A DNA stretch of 36,318 bases from Octopus sinensis (taxonomy: Eukaryota), in the NCBI RefSeq assembly GCF_006345805.1, contig NW_021824696.1, forward strand, positions 1 through 36,318, in the 5' to 3' direction. The position numbers and the translations under genes are program-made. The notes below the pieces were generated by a model, which saw only the letters and a program-made list of their open reading frames with translations, made no database searches and was not told the origin of the DNA. Numbering within the stretch: the stretch's first letter is position 1; each line of letters starts with the position of its first letter. Below, piece after piece: positions 1 through 11,239 of this stretch.

Positions 1-224
1 ATATATATATATATAGATATAAATGCACACACACACACACCACCCACACACCACACACACACAGCACACACATATGCATGCATACATATTCATGTATACA
101 CAGATATGCACATATATATGTATGTATATATGTATATGCATGTAAGTATGTGTATACGTATGTATGTAAGCATGCATATATGCATGTATGTATGTGTATG
201 TGCAGATTTACGTTTTATTTTATA

Positions 225-626
225 CTAGCAGTATCGCCCGGCGTTGCTCGGGTTTGTAAGGGAAATAACTATATAAGCATTTTTAGAGAGTTACTTCCTT
301 TATATAATAGCAAAAAATGCATTAAAAATGGAACAAAATTATGGTAATTTTTTTTTTAAATCGTAGACTCATTGTAGACATTTTTAGAGAGTTACTTCCC
401 TTATATAATAGCAAAAAAATGCATTAAAGATGGAAAAAATGATTGTAATTTTTTTTTTTAATCGTAGACTCATCGTAGACGTGCGCTAATACCCAGAAGG
501 GCTCGATATGAATCACGACTATAAGATACCCGGTTTTGGTTAAACTGCACCGCAAAATGTGGGAGTAGTTAGGAATCTAAATCGTAGGAGACAGACACCA
601 CACAACTTCTCTTTTATATATATAGA
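225..626 (-). mobile_element. Non-autonomous Helitron, subfamily A copy 1
   Basis: Minus strand starts TC(TATATATATAAAAG) and ends CCCGAGCAACGCCGGG hairpin + CGATACTG + CTAG. Inserted between A and T with no TSD. Near-identical to 23524-23920. Contains an internal duplication of the TTTTTAGAGAGTTACTTCC segment. Confidence 0.8.
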
Positions 627-838
627 TTTGCATTCTTATGTATATAGCTGCATGTCTAGACATGTTCATATATACTTAAATGATAAACTTCAGGAAAGTT
701 TTGCAGATATTTGCAGTTCCAGTGATGGTTTGGATCTGTAGTCTTCGAATCAACCTTCTCCTTCTGGTTTTGAGAAGCCTAATTTCTCAAGAATAGTTTG
801 TGCCATATCCCAGTAATTAGAAGTATAAACCTGAACTC
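627..838 (-). mobile_element. 3' end of an RLE-type (R4/Dong-like) non-LTR retrotransposon; its 3' UTR is interrupted by the Helitron
   Basis: Manual minus-strand translation with one frameshift: LEKLGFSKP / RRRRLIRRLQIQTITGTANICKTFLKFII* (stop at 676-678). This resembles the C-terminus of RLE-clade ORFs. The putative 3' UTR resumes at ~190-224 and runs into a TACA-type repeat. Confidence 0.55.
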
Positions 839-925
839 GTAATCTGTACCTTCATCATCATCATCATCATTATCATCATGTATTTATGTATGCATGTCTG
901 TATGTATTTTATATGTATGATAGAA

Positions 926-1084
926 GTGGCTGTGTGGTAAGTAGCTTGCTTACAAACCACGTGGTTCCGGGTTCAGTCCCACTGCGTGGCACCTTCGGCG
1001 TGTTTCTTCTACTATAGCTTCGGGTCGACCAAAGCCTTGTGAGTGGATTTGTTATAGAGAAACTGAAAGAAGCCCGTCGTATAT

Positions 1085-1117
<33 letters not shown>

Positions 1118-1320
1118 CTGTGTTTGCCCCCCCCCCACATCGCTTGACAACCAATGCTGGTGTGATTACATCACTGTAACTTAGCGGTTCGGCAAAAGAG
1201 ACCGATAGAATAAGTACTAAGCTTACAAAGAATAAGTTCTGGGGTAGATTTGCTCGACTAAAGGCGGTGCTCCAGCATGGTCAGTCACATGACTGAAACA
1301 AATAAACGAGTAAAAAAGAG
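926..1320 (+). mobile_element. tRNA-derived SINE with CORE-like central domain (family C)
   Basis: Pol III-like head (GTGGCTGTGTGGTAAG...GGTTCCGGGTTCAGTCCC), central (GT)n and an AT-rich purine tail. Homologous copies elsewhere in the window carry ACCTTGGGCAAGT, which matches the MIR/CORE consensus. At least 8 full or partial copies in the window. Confidence 0.8.
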
Positions 1321-2304
1321 TCTGTATGTATGTATGTATGTATGTATGTATGTATGTATCTATCTATCTATCTATCTATATCTATCTGTCTATATCAGTT
1401 TGTATTTATAAATATTTGATGTACATACACGTTAAAAGTAATGCATGCAAGATTTCACAGCTTTAGCATCACTTCTATGAACTTCTCAGCCCACACTCGT
1501 ACATAAAATATTAAATTCTCGGTCATCAAAAGCGTAATTAATGATAGGTTGATAAACTCTGGCGGGTAATTTCATTACCATAAATCCAAGTGGCACCGAC
1601 TTGCATGTACATACGTAATCAGTTAACGATCTTTAAGAGCAAAATATATAGAACACAAAAGCAAAAATGCATAAATTTGACATAAAGTTCAAATTTTACT
1701 CACTAACGATTCCCTGATTAACATAACGTTCTTGCTGATTTAGCTAAGCGCTGTTTATAAATTATTTTAACTTAAATTAATGTAGTCTAAATTAATTTGT
1801 GTATCACTATTATGTGATTATATATTTGATGGTGTTTAACTTAATGAAACAGCTGTTGGATACAATTAAATAATGTACTATATCCGAAATTTATGCTCAT
1901 CGTCTATTGTTCTACACACACACACACACACAAGTGTGTATGTAGAACAACAGAAGATAAGCATAAATTTGTGCGTGTGTGTGTGTGACTATGTGTGTGC
2001 CTTCGTGCGCACGTGCGTGTGTGTGTGTGCGCGCGTGCATGTTTTCCCTCAACTGAATTTTCAGTCACATTGCTCAACCTGAATTCTAGATGATGATACA
2101 TACTCATTGCCCCACACACTAACAATGAACTCGAAGCCACGTGATTGTAAACCTAACTTCTTAACTACTGAATGATGCTATCGTCATTAAGATATAAAGG
2201 AAGAGAAATTTCTTGTCGTCATATGCTTGATCCTTTTTAAAATTTAATATTGCCAGTCTCTGTTGCCTATCAAAATTCGTAGTATTACTTTTTATTATTA
2301 TTAT

Positions 2305-2427
2305 TCAGTAGTTTTATTTTTATAGCGTGCTTTCACTTCACTACCGAGCGCAGGTCTGTGTGCCTTGGGTATGTGCTGTGGTTTGTTGTGATGTTCTGAT
2401 GCTTATTGTATGGAGAGTGTTCTGCGT
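2305..2427 (-). mobile_element. Extreme 3' end of a second R4/Dong-like LINE family
   Basis: Minus strand reads (L)RRTLSIQ* followed by a ~100-nt UTR ending ...AAAATAAAACTACTG(AAT)n. Both sides are (ATT)n. Confidence 0.5.
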
Positions 2428-2450
2428 ATTATTATTATTATTATTATTAT

Positions 2451-3006
2451 TGAGTGAAGAGAGCAGTTCATCCATCAAAGTGACACTGGGGTAAAATATA
2501 CGAAGCCCAATATACCCATCATGACTACCCGTCTGATAAAGGTACACCAGGCACATGCATCACAACCATATGTGCGCGACATGGTGATCTCATATCAAGA
2601 TAAACAGCACATGACCTTGCAGGTGGGGCCCAGTTAGAATTTTCTTTTCTTTCAGGTTGAGTAGCCCATCCCGCTCAAACGTCCCTGAATAAGGGTTGTT
2701 TAAGGATGTTGAAAGAACCACCCATGTTCCATAGGTGAACTATTCAAACCCAAAGAATCCCTCTCAACACATGGCTATGATGCTCCTCCACTATTCTCTG
2801 CTCGTGATCAGAGATGCACATATCGTCAGCCACTAAGGGACATGCTCAACTGTTAAGGTCAAACAACTGACAAGCAAATCTGTGGTATTGAGCGAATATT
2901 TGCTGTAGCCCATCTTTTATCCAAGACAAAACAATGTACATGATAACACTTCCAATCAGTTAAGATCAGAAGCCATGAGAGCCACTGCCTGGTACTGCAT
3001 CAGGGC
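2451..3006 (-). mobile_element. ~555-bp non-coding interspersed element in (ATT)n, copy 1
   Basis: Aligns end to end with 3163-3717 and shares both boundaries. (AAT)n lies on both sides. No ORF and no tRNA A/B boxes seen. Confidence 0.75.
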
Positions 3007-3037
<31 letters not shown>

Positions 3038-3072
3038 TATTATTATTATTATTTCATTATTATCATTATTAA

Positions 3073-3126
<54 letters not shown>

Positions 3127-3162
3127 CATCATTATTATTATATTATTATTATTAAATATTAT

Positions 3163-3717
3163 TGGTAAGAGAGCAGTGCAATGCCATCAAAGTGACACTG
3201 GGGTAAAATATACAAAACCCACTATACCCATCGGACTACCTGTCTGATAAGGGCACACCAGACACCATGCATCACAACAATATGTGCGCGACATGGTATC
3301 TCATATCAAGATAAACAGCACATGACCTTCCAGGTGGGGTCCACTTAGAATTTTTCTTCAGATCGAGTAGCCCATCCCACTCAAAGGGTCCATGAATAAG
3401 GATTGTTTAAGGATGTTGAACGAAACACCCATGTTTCCAGAGGTGAATTATTCAAATCCCAAAGAATTCCTCTCAATACACGGTTATGATGCTCCCCCAC
3501 TAATTCTGCTCATGATCAGAGATGCACGTATTGTCAACCACCAAGGGACAAGCTCAACTGGTTAAGGTCAAGCAAACGACAAGCAAATCTATAGTACTGA
3601 GCAGAACATTTGCTGTAGCCCATCTTTTATACCAAGACAAAACAATGTACATGATAACACTTCCAATCAGTTAAGATAAGAAGCCATCAGAGCCACTGCC
3701 TGGTACAGCATCGGGGC
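3163..3717 (-). mobile_element. ~555-bp non-coding interspersed element in (ATT)n, copy 2
   Basis: Diverged full-length copy of 2451-3006 in the same orientation, separated from it by (ATT)n. Confidence 0.75.
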
Positions 3718-3793
3718 TATTCATTATCATTATTATTATTATTGTTGTTGTTGTTGTTGTTGTTGTGTTGTTGTTGTTGTTGTTGTTGTTGTT

Positions 3794-4224
3794 GCCTTTG
3801 CACAGCTTCTAATGCTGGAGATGTACTACAGCGTCAGCTGTTTACTATTAGTGAACTAAGGTAACACCTCTTATTTTTCGAGCACCTTCCGGAGTATTCG
3901 AGCGATTCCAAGCAGTGCTGTTTTCTGCAAGTGCTCCACTCTTATTGCAGCCCCTACTAGTTCCACGCTCTTCTCGAGATTTTTACTCACTGTTCCCAGG
4001 GTTCCGACAACTATTGGTACTACGGCTACCTTTTACATCGACCACAACTGCTTAACCTCCCAAGCTAACCTGTCATATCTCTCGACTTTTCTTTCTTCCT
4101 TATCGCATACCTTGTTGTCAACTGAACGTGCTATGTCTTTGATCCAGCATAGTTTGTTTTCTTCCTCAACTAAGACTGTGGTTTCCTATTCTCAATCTCA
4201 TGGTCGCACTGAATTGTAAAATCC
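3794..4224 (-). mobile_element. 5'-truncated R4/Dong-clade LINE, restriction-like endonuclease domain + 3' UTR
   Basis: Manual translation with a frameshift and a stop: DFTIQCDHEIENRKP / VLVEEENKLCWIKDIARSVDNKVCDKEERKVERYDRLAWEVKQLWSM*KVAVVPIVVGTLGTVSKNLEK...LQKTALLGIARILRKVLEK*. This is the typical RLE pattern (R/K-PD...D...K...Y..L; PIVVGxLG). Followed by a short UTR and a (CAA)n/(TAA)n tail. Confidence 0.85.
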
Positions 4225-4310
4225 TTATTATTATTATTATTATTACATTATTATCAAATTATTATTCATCATTATCATTATTATATTATATTATTATTAT
4301 TATTATTATA

Positions 4311-4345
<35 letters not shown>

Positions 4346-4520
4346 TTTATCATTTAAGTTTATTATTATCATTATAATTATTAATTATTATTATTATTAT
4401 TATTATTAGATTATCATTATTATTTTATCATTATAATTATTATTATTATTATATTATTATTATCATTATTATCATTATATATATTATTATTATCATTATT
4501 ATCATTATATTATTATTATA

Positions 4521-4551
<31 letters not shown>

Positions 4552-4566
4552 TATTATTATTATGCA

Positions 4567-4620
<54 letters not shown>

Positions 4621-4735
4621 CACTATTATAATATTATTATTATTATTTTTTATTATCATTATTTTATCACTATTATAATTATTATTATTATTATCACTAT
4701 TATGATAATAATTATTATTATTATCATCATAATAT
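4225..4735. repeat. (ATT)n/(ATC)n microsatellite
   Basis: Directly visible trinucleotide array. Confidence 0.95.
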
Positions 4736-5459
4736 ATATATATTATATATTAAAAATGTAATATATATACATGTATTACATACTAAAAAAAGTTAATATA
4801 GCATATATAGATATATATAGATAATATATAATTCTATATATATATATATCTATCATATATTCTACACACGAACAAATGTAAGAAAACGAATCTAGTAATG
4901 GATTCTTTGTAATTAAGACGACTGTCCATCGAGGAAATAGTCGGGTCATGTTTGAGCATCAATTCGTCAGGGAAAAAGTTTCTTGCATCTTATATATAGA
5001 GAGTTAACGAAACAGCTACAACTGGGAATTGAACCAATACTTACTGTTTGTATTACAGGAACCAACAGCACAAATCTACTTGGATTCAGATTAAGGAAAT
5101 TAATTTGGAGAAAGAAGTATTGTTAATAGCTTGCGGGGAGCATATCTTAAACTGACAACAAATCACAGTTGTTTCCCCTTGGGGAATTCTTGTCAGTCAT
5201 TTTGAACTTAAGTCATCACCATGTCATTCATTAGCAATCAATTTTATGCTGAAAATGTTGAAGTAATTAATGAAGAGGTCAAAATATTTACGACTTATCT
5301 TGCAATCGCTAAGATAATTTCGATTATTCTAGTTAACGTTTCCGTTGTTTTCTTCTTTACCTTTTGTTTTCGAAATGATGGCTGCATAATGGAGGACTTA
5401 ATGACACAAATTTGAAATAATAATTAAAAATTTGTTGATGTGAATAGTTTAATTGTCAT

Positions 5460-5498
5460 TTGTGTGTGTACATTTATATATGTATGTATGTATGCGTG

Positions 5499-5530
<32 letters not shown>

Positions 5531-6075
5531 ATCTGTGTGTGTATGTGCGCGTGTGTATACATATATGTAGCGCGTGTATATATACGTATATATATATATG
5601 TATGTATATACATATTTGTGTATATGTATATATATGTATGCATACATATATATTTACACACACACATATACGTACATATATATAGGTATATATATATACG
5701 TATATATATATATATACATATATATATATGCTTATATATATGTATATATATATACGTATATATATACATACATATACATGTATATATGCATATATATACG
5801 TATATATATATATATATATGCATATATATACGTATATATATATACATATATATGTATATATATATACGTATATACATATACATATAAATGTATATATACA
5901 TATACATATACATGTGTATACATATATATGTATATGTACATATATATATGTACATATGATATATATTATATATAGAATATATATATTATATATATATATA
6001 TATATATAAATATATATACATACATATATATGTAGATTATATATATGTTATATATAATATGTATATATATATATG

Positions 6076-6106
<31 letters not shown>

Positions 6107-6199
6107 ATATTATATATATATATATATGCACGCATTTGTCTCTGTCTATATATATCTACATATGTATGTCTGTATATATATATCTGTGTATGTACGTAT

Positions 6200-6233
<34 letters not shown>

Positions 6234-6260
6234 ATATATATATAATACATGTACATAAAT
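5460..6260. repeat. (TA)n/(TATG)n/(TACA)n compound microsatellite
   Basis: Directly visible. Source of the many Y/I/M-rich artefact ORFs. Confidence 0.95.
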
Positions 6261-6530
6261 CATACAGGCACGAGCACACACACACACCAAACACAATCAA
6301 GTTTAGGTAGAATAAAATCCCAATAAGTTTTAAGCTCTAAATCTAAACCCAAACCAAGTGTGTGTGAAAGATGTTGGAAAATCGAGATACAATCTTACAA
6401 CATTTTAAACTTAGAGAAGTCAGTAATATTAGATAAAACTCCGTAATCCACCACTAAAGCGTAAGCACTTTACCATATACATATAACGTACATATATACA
6501 TACATGTGTGTTGTGTGTATTTATATATAA

Positions 6531-6615
<85 letters not shown>

Positions 6616-7184
6616 ATATATATGTATATATGGAGTAGGAAGGAATGTCGGCGTACATTTATTAGTTACCTAATTGATTAAATATTTATGGGCTGCGTTT
6701 TAAGCGGCAGACTTGAAGCCGACATGTTTGCAACGGTTAATTTATTTCGCAGTTCCCATCTTCAAAGATTCTTACGTTATAGATTAAAGCCTACTGATGT
6801 AAATTCGATAATTTTCTGACCGCTAATACTTCCATTCCCTTTCTTTTAATGTTAGGCGACTTTTCCTGTTATTTTTTCTTTCCTTCTTTAATTTATTTAT
6901 TTATTATTTTAGTGGTGTATGTGTGTGATTTTTTTTTGTTGATTTTTATTGTTGTTTTGTTGTTGTGTTGTTGTTGTGTTGTTGTTGTTTTTTGTATCTT
7001 GGTTCCTATAGAAGAAACCGAATAAATGGGGATGCAGAGAGAGATTTTTTCCCCCCGACTGTAGCCGTAGAATGATTAATGGACCATGAAGATTTCAATT
7101 GACAAAAACCCACTAATACTTCCACAAAAGTATTGCTCACTATTCAATAACAAAAACTACTTGGATATATATTGATTTCAACAA

Positions 7185-7185
7185 C

Positions 7186-7242
<57 letters not shown>

Positions 7243-7517
7243 CATCATCATCATCATCGTCATCATCATCATTACCGTCATCAGCATGATCATCAAACGT
7301 TGTTGTCGTCGTTGTGTTGTTGTTTTTGTGTTGTTGTTGTTGGTGGTGGTGGTGGTGTTAATGGTGGTCGTCGTGGGTTCTAGTTGAGGTCGTGATCGTA
7401 GCCGTGGTTGTCTTGATCAGCATCCTTGCCGTCGTCGTCGTCATGGTCATCGTCATCTTTAATATCATCATCATCATCATCATCATCATCTTCTTCTTCA
7501 TCATCATCATCATCTTC

Positions 7518-7567
<50 letters not shown>

Positions 7568-8120
7568 TTCTTCTTCATCATCATCACCACCACCACCACC
7601 ACCATCACCATCATTATCACCATTATCATCCTCCTCAACAACATCATGATTTTCCTTATCACCTTTACATTCACCATCATCATCATCACCATCATCATCG
7701 TCATCATTAGTATCATCACCACCGCCACTACCACCACCATCGTCACATTATCACACAATCACCTCCATCACCATCATCATCAACATCATCATCACCTTTT
7801 TCCTTATCCTCTTCTACATCATGTCATCATTTTTTTATATTCATAACCACCCACCCTTCCCAACATCAACACCAGCATCATCATCATCATCATTATCAGT
7901 AGCAGCAGGATCTTCAACATCACCACTACCACCACCACTATCATCATCATCATCATCATCATCGTTCTCATCATCATCATCATCATCATCAACATCGTCA
8001 TCATCATCATCATAATCATCATCATCATCATATCATCATCATCATCATCATCATCATTATCGTTCTCATCATCATCAACATCGTCATCATCATCATCATC
8101 ATCATCACCATCACCATCAC

Positions 8121-8163
<43 letters not shown>

Positions 8164-8251
8164 GTCGTTATCATCATCATCATCATCATCGTCGTTATCA
8201 TCATCATCGTCGTTATCATCATCATCATCACCATCACCTCCACTATCGTCG

Positions 8252-8293
<42 letters not shown>

Positions 8294-8345
8294 CCATCAA
8301 CATCACCATCACCATCACCATCATCGTCGTCGCCGTCGTCATCAA
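7185..8345. repeat. (ATC)n/(ACC)n/(GTC)n compound trinucleotide array
   Basis: Directly visible. Source of the poly-I/S/H/M ORFs. Confidence 0.95.
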
Positions 8346-8449
8346 CAGTGTTTGTCTGAAAGGGCGTTAGAGCTTATTCAAAATGGTCGATATTCTATCA
8401 GAAATCAAAAATGTGGCTTTTAAGTTTGACGAAATTCCAGATTGATCCG

Positions 8450-8510
8450 TATCGCTCTCTCACTCCCACTTACGCTCTCTCTCCCTCTCTTTCTCTCTTC
8501 CTCTGTCTCA

Positions 8511-8541
<31 letters not shown>

Positions 8542-8727
8542 ACACACACACACATTTTCTCTTTCTCTCCCTCGTTCCTTCCCCCTGTCTCTCTATCTAT
8601 CTATCTAGCGCTCTCACTCCCTCTCTCTTTCTATCTTTTTGTTTCTCCCTCTGTCTCTGTCTTTCTTTCTCTGCATCTCTCTTTCCGTCTTCCTCTCTCT
8701 TCCTTTCTTCTCTTTTCTCTTTCTCTC

Positions 8728-8758
<31 letters not shown>

Positions 8759-8848
8759 TACTGTCTCACCTCCTTTCTCACTCTGTCTTTATGTCTCTCT
8801 TTGTCTTTCTCTCTCTTCCTGCCTCAGTTTTTCCTCTTTCTTCGTCTC

Positions 8849-8894
<46 letters not shown>

Positions 8895-8995
8895 TTCTCT
8901 GTCTCTCTCACTCTCTTTATCCGCCTGTCTCTGCCTCTCTTATTCTCTATTTCCGCCTGTCTCAGTCTCTCTCATTTCCTCTCTCTCTGTATTAA

Positions 8996-9034
<39 letters not shown>

Positions 9035-9041
9035 CTATCTC

Positions 9042-9088
<47 letters not shown>

Positions 9089-9160
9089 CTCTATCTCTCC
9101 ATCTCTCCCATTTCCTCTCTCTTTATCTGTTTGTTTATCTATCAAACTATCTACCTATCT
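8450..9160. repeat. (CT)n/(CTAT)n polypyrimidine tract
   Basis: Directly visible, with strong purine/pyrimidine strand asymmetry. Confidence 0.95.
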
Positions 9161-9549
9161 TTCTATATCCTGAACATGTAAATTCCTTTTCACTAATCCG
9201 ATGTGTGCATGCGTGTATGTATATATATATTCATATATATATATGTGTGTGTGAGTGTGTGCGTCTGTTTGATCTTTTTGTTGTTGTTATTGTTATAATT
9301 TAGTATTATATTTATAACATAGTCACTGATATCCTAGAGTTTTAATAGATTAAAATTAGTTATCTACCACCTTATTTTTTTGTTATTTGTTATGAGTTCT
9401 AGACGTGTCATGACCGCAGCCTAGTTACCATTCCTAATGAAACGGCTCTAAATCCAGTCCATCTCTCACACATTCTTGATATCACCCAGATTAATCATGA
9501 CCCCCACCCAAAAAAAACTGCTAGAAATAGCCGCTAAACTATCCCCATG

Positions 9550-9599
<50 letters not shown>

Positions 9600-9976
9600 G
9601 TGGAGGCGCAATGGCCCAGTCGTTAGGGCAGCGGACTCGCGGTCATAGGATCGCGGTTTCGATTCCCAGACCGGGCGTTGTGAGTGTTTATTGAGAGAAA
9701 CACCTAAAGCTCCACGAGGCTCCGGCAGGGATGGTGGTGATCCCTGCTGTACTCTTTCACCACAACTTTCTCTCACTCTTACTTCCTGTTTCTGTTGTAC
9801 CTGTATTTCAAAGGGCCGGCCTTGTCACTCTCTGTGTCACGCGAAATACCCGAGAACTACGTTAAGGGTACACGTGTCTGTGGAGTGCTCAGCCACTTAC
9901 ACGTTAATTTCACGAGCAGGCTGTTCGGTGATTCGGATCAACCGGAACCCTCGTCGTCGTAACCCACGGAGTGCTT

Positions 9977-9978
<2 letters not shown>
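9600..9978 (+). mobile_element. tRNA-derived SINE (family R, body type 1)
   Basis: Head GTGGAGGCGCAATGGCCCAGT(C/G)GTTAGGGCAGCGGACTCGCGG...GGTTTCGATTCCC has A and B boxes and a tRNA-Arg-like pattern. Near-identical to 13357-13741 and 25352-25719. Confidence 0.85.
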
Positions 9979-10025
<47 letters not shown>

Positions 10026-10127
10026 ATATATATGTATAATTGTCCTGTATTTAAGAAATGAGAAATTATCTACATTATGTACATTATTTACAATTGACGG
10101 ATATTTGTCCTCATCTTGTTTGTTGTT

Positions 10128-10173
10128 AACACAACGTTTCGGCTGATATACCCTCCAGCCTTCATCAGGTGTC
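10128..10173 (-). ncRNA. Minimal type I hammerhead ribozyme (Penelope-LTR type) within a short repeat (~10040-10230)
   Basis: Minus strand: GACAC-CUGAUGA-A-GGCUG[gagggUAUAU]CAGCC-GAAAC-GUU^-GUGUU. Core intact, 5-bp stem II, 5-bp stem I (one G-U), palindromic ACGU stem III with no loop. Confidence 0.75.
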
Positions 10174-10395
10174 TTGGGGAAATTTCGAACCTGGGTTCTC
10201 ATTCTTAAGGTATTTTTCGATGTTATTGTTTTTATTATTATTTCTTTTTTTTTTAAAGGTCACAATATTTAGCGCTCACTTGATGGACTAATTTTTGTCG
10301 AATTTTCTATCACGAATCAGCACATGTGTGAGTCTGTGTGTGTGTTGTGTGTGTGTGTGTGTGTGTGTTTGTGTGTGCGTGTGCGTGTGTGTGTA

Positions 10396-10600
10396 TTCTT
10401 TTACTTGTTTCAATCATTTGACTGTGGCACCACCTTTAGTCGAATAAATCAACCCCAGGACTTCTTATTTGTAAGCCTAATACTTATTCTATCGGTTTCT
10501 TTTTGCTGAGCCGCTAAGTTACGGGGACGTAAACACACCAGCATCGGTTGTCAAGCAATGGTGGAGGGACAAACACAGACACAAATAAACAAACACATAT
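10396..10600 (-). mobile_element. Family C SINE, 3' half
   Basis: Reverse complement of the 3' half of 926-1320. Confidence 0.75.
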
Positions 10601-10711
10601 AAATACACATATACATATATATACATACATACAGATAGATACATACATACAGATAGATAGATACATACATACATACATACATACATACATACATACATAC
10701 ATACGTATATA

Positions 10712-10780
10712 AATTCTAACAACAAAATCTTATATGGACATCCACCCAAGGGCCATATGGACCCCGGTTGTGAACTACTG
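10712..10780 (-). mobile_element. Possible hAT-like MITE terminus
   Basis: Minus strand begins CAGTAGTTCACAACCGGGGTCC, resembling the CAGTGGTTCCCAACC-type hAT/Charlie TIR. No partner end found. Confidence 0.35.
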
Positions 10781-11239
10781 CTCGAAGTCGTTACTTGATT
10801 TTCTAGATATAGCTGTCAGATTCTATCAGCGTGAAGTTTTAAAACAGGGAGAACTCATTGGATGGTGTAGAACGTGATACTCGTAAAAAGATGGGACAGT
10901 CACAGTTGGCGCGCCTTTGATCTTCAAGCAGTGCCAGCAGGATTGCCTAAAGAGTTTATTAAGAAAAACAAACACAAGCAGATTAATGACTGATGAGTGA
11001 CAGAAGTTGTTAGTACTCGCTAGAGCTACTCTGCTGAAATAGCAGTCAAATCTCTCTCAAATTACATAATACCGTTAGAAGACAACAACAAAAAAAAGCA
11101 GGAAGGACATATTGGTGTCTGTAATCTGTGATAAATCATTTATAAAGAGACGAGAAGATCACGGTTAGAATGTCTCTAGTTGTAAATCTATTCAACTAGT
11201 ACTGGCCTCGATGCTAAACAGAAAAAAGCAACAATAACA

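Noticed and set aside
1907-1950. 10-bp inverted repeat around (CA)n (TTGTTCTACA/TGTAGAACAA)
   Set aside because: Short and partly driven by CA/TG microsatellite complementarity. No TSD or second copy.
2975-3010. HDV-like ribozyme at the 5' end of the 555-bp element
   Set aside because: No nearby P1 partner for GCCCUGA and no nested double pseudoknot could be built by eye. Left as a test to run, not a call.
5059-5160. Possible acceptor (TATTACAG) followed by a short open frame NQQHKSTWIQIKEINLEKEV...
   Set aside because: Weak pyrimidine tract, no clear donor, early stop and no recognisable protein similarity.
5440-9303. Many long ORFs (up to 243 aa) rich in Y/I, S/L, M or H
   Set aside because: Translations of (TA)n, (ATC)n and (CT)n microsatellites, open in several frames on both strands, with no domain content. 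The same applies to similar ORFs across the window.
9600-9680. tRNA-Arg-like sequence as a real tRNA gene
   Set aside because: No complete acceptor stem. It continues into a SINE body repeated four times in the window, two copies with TSDs.
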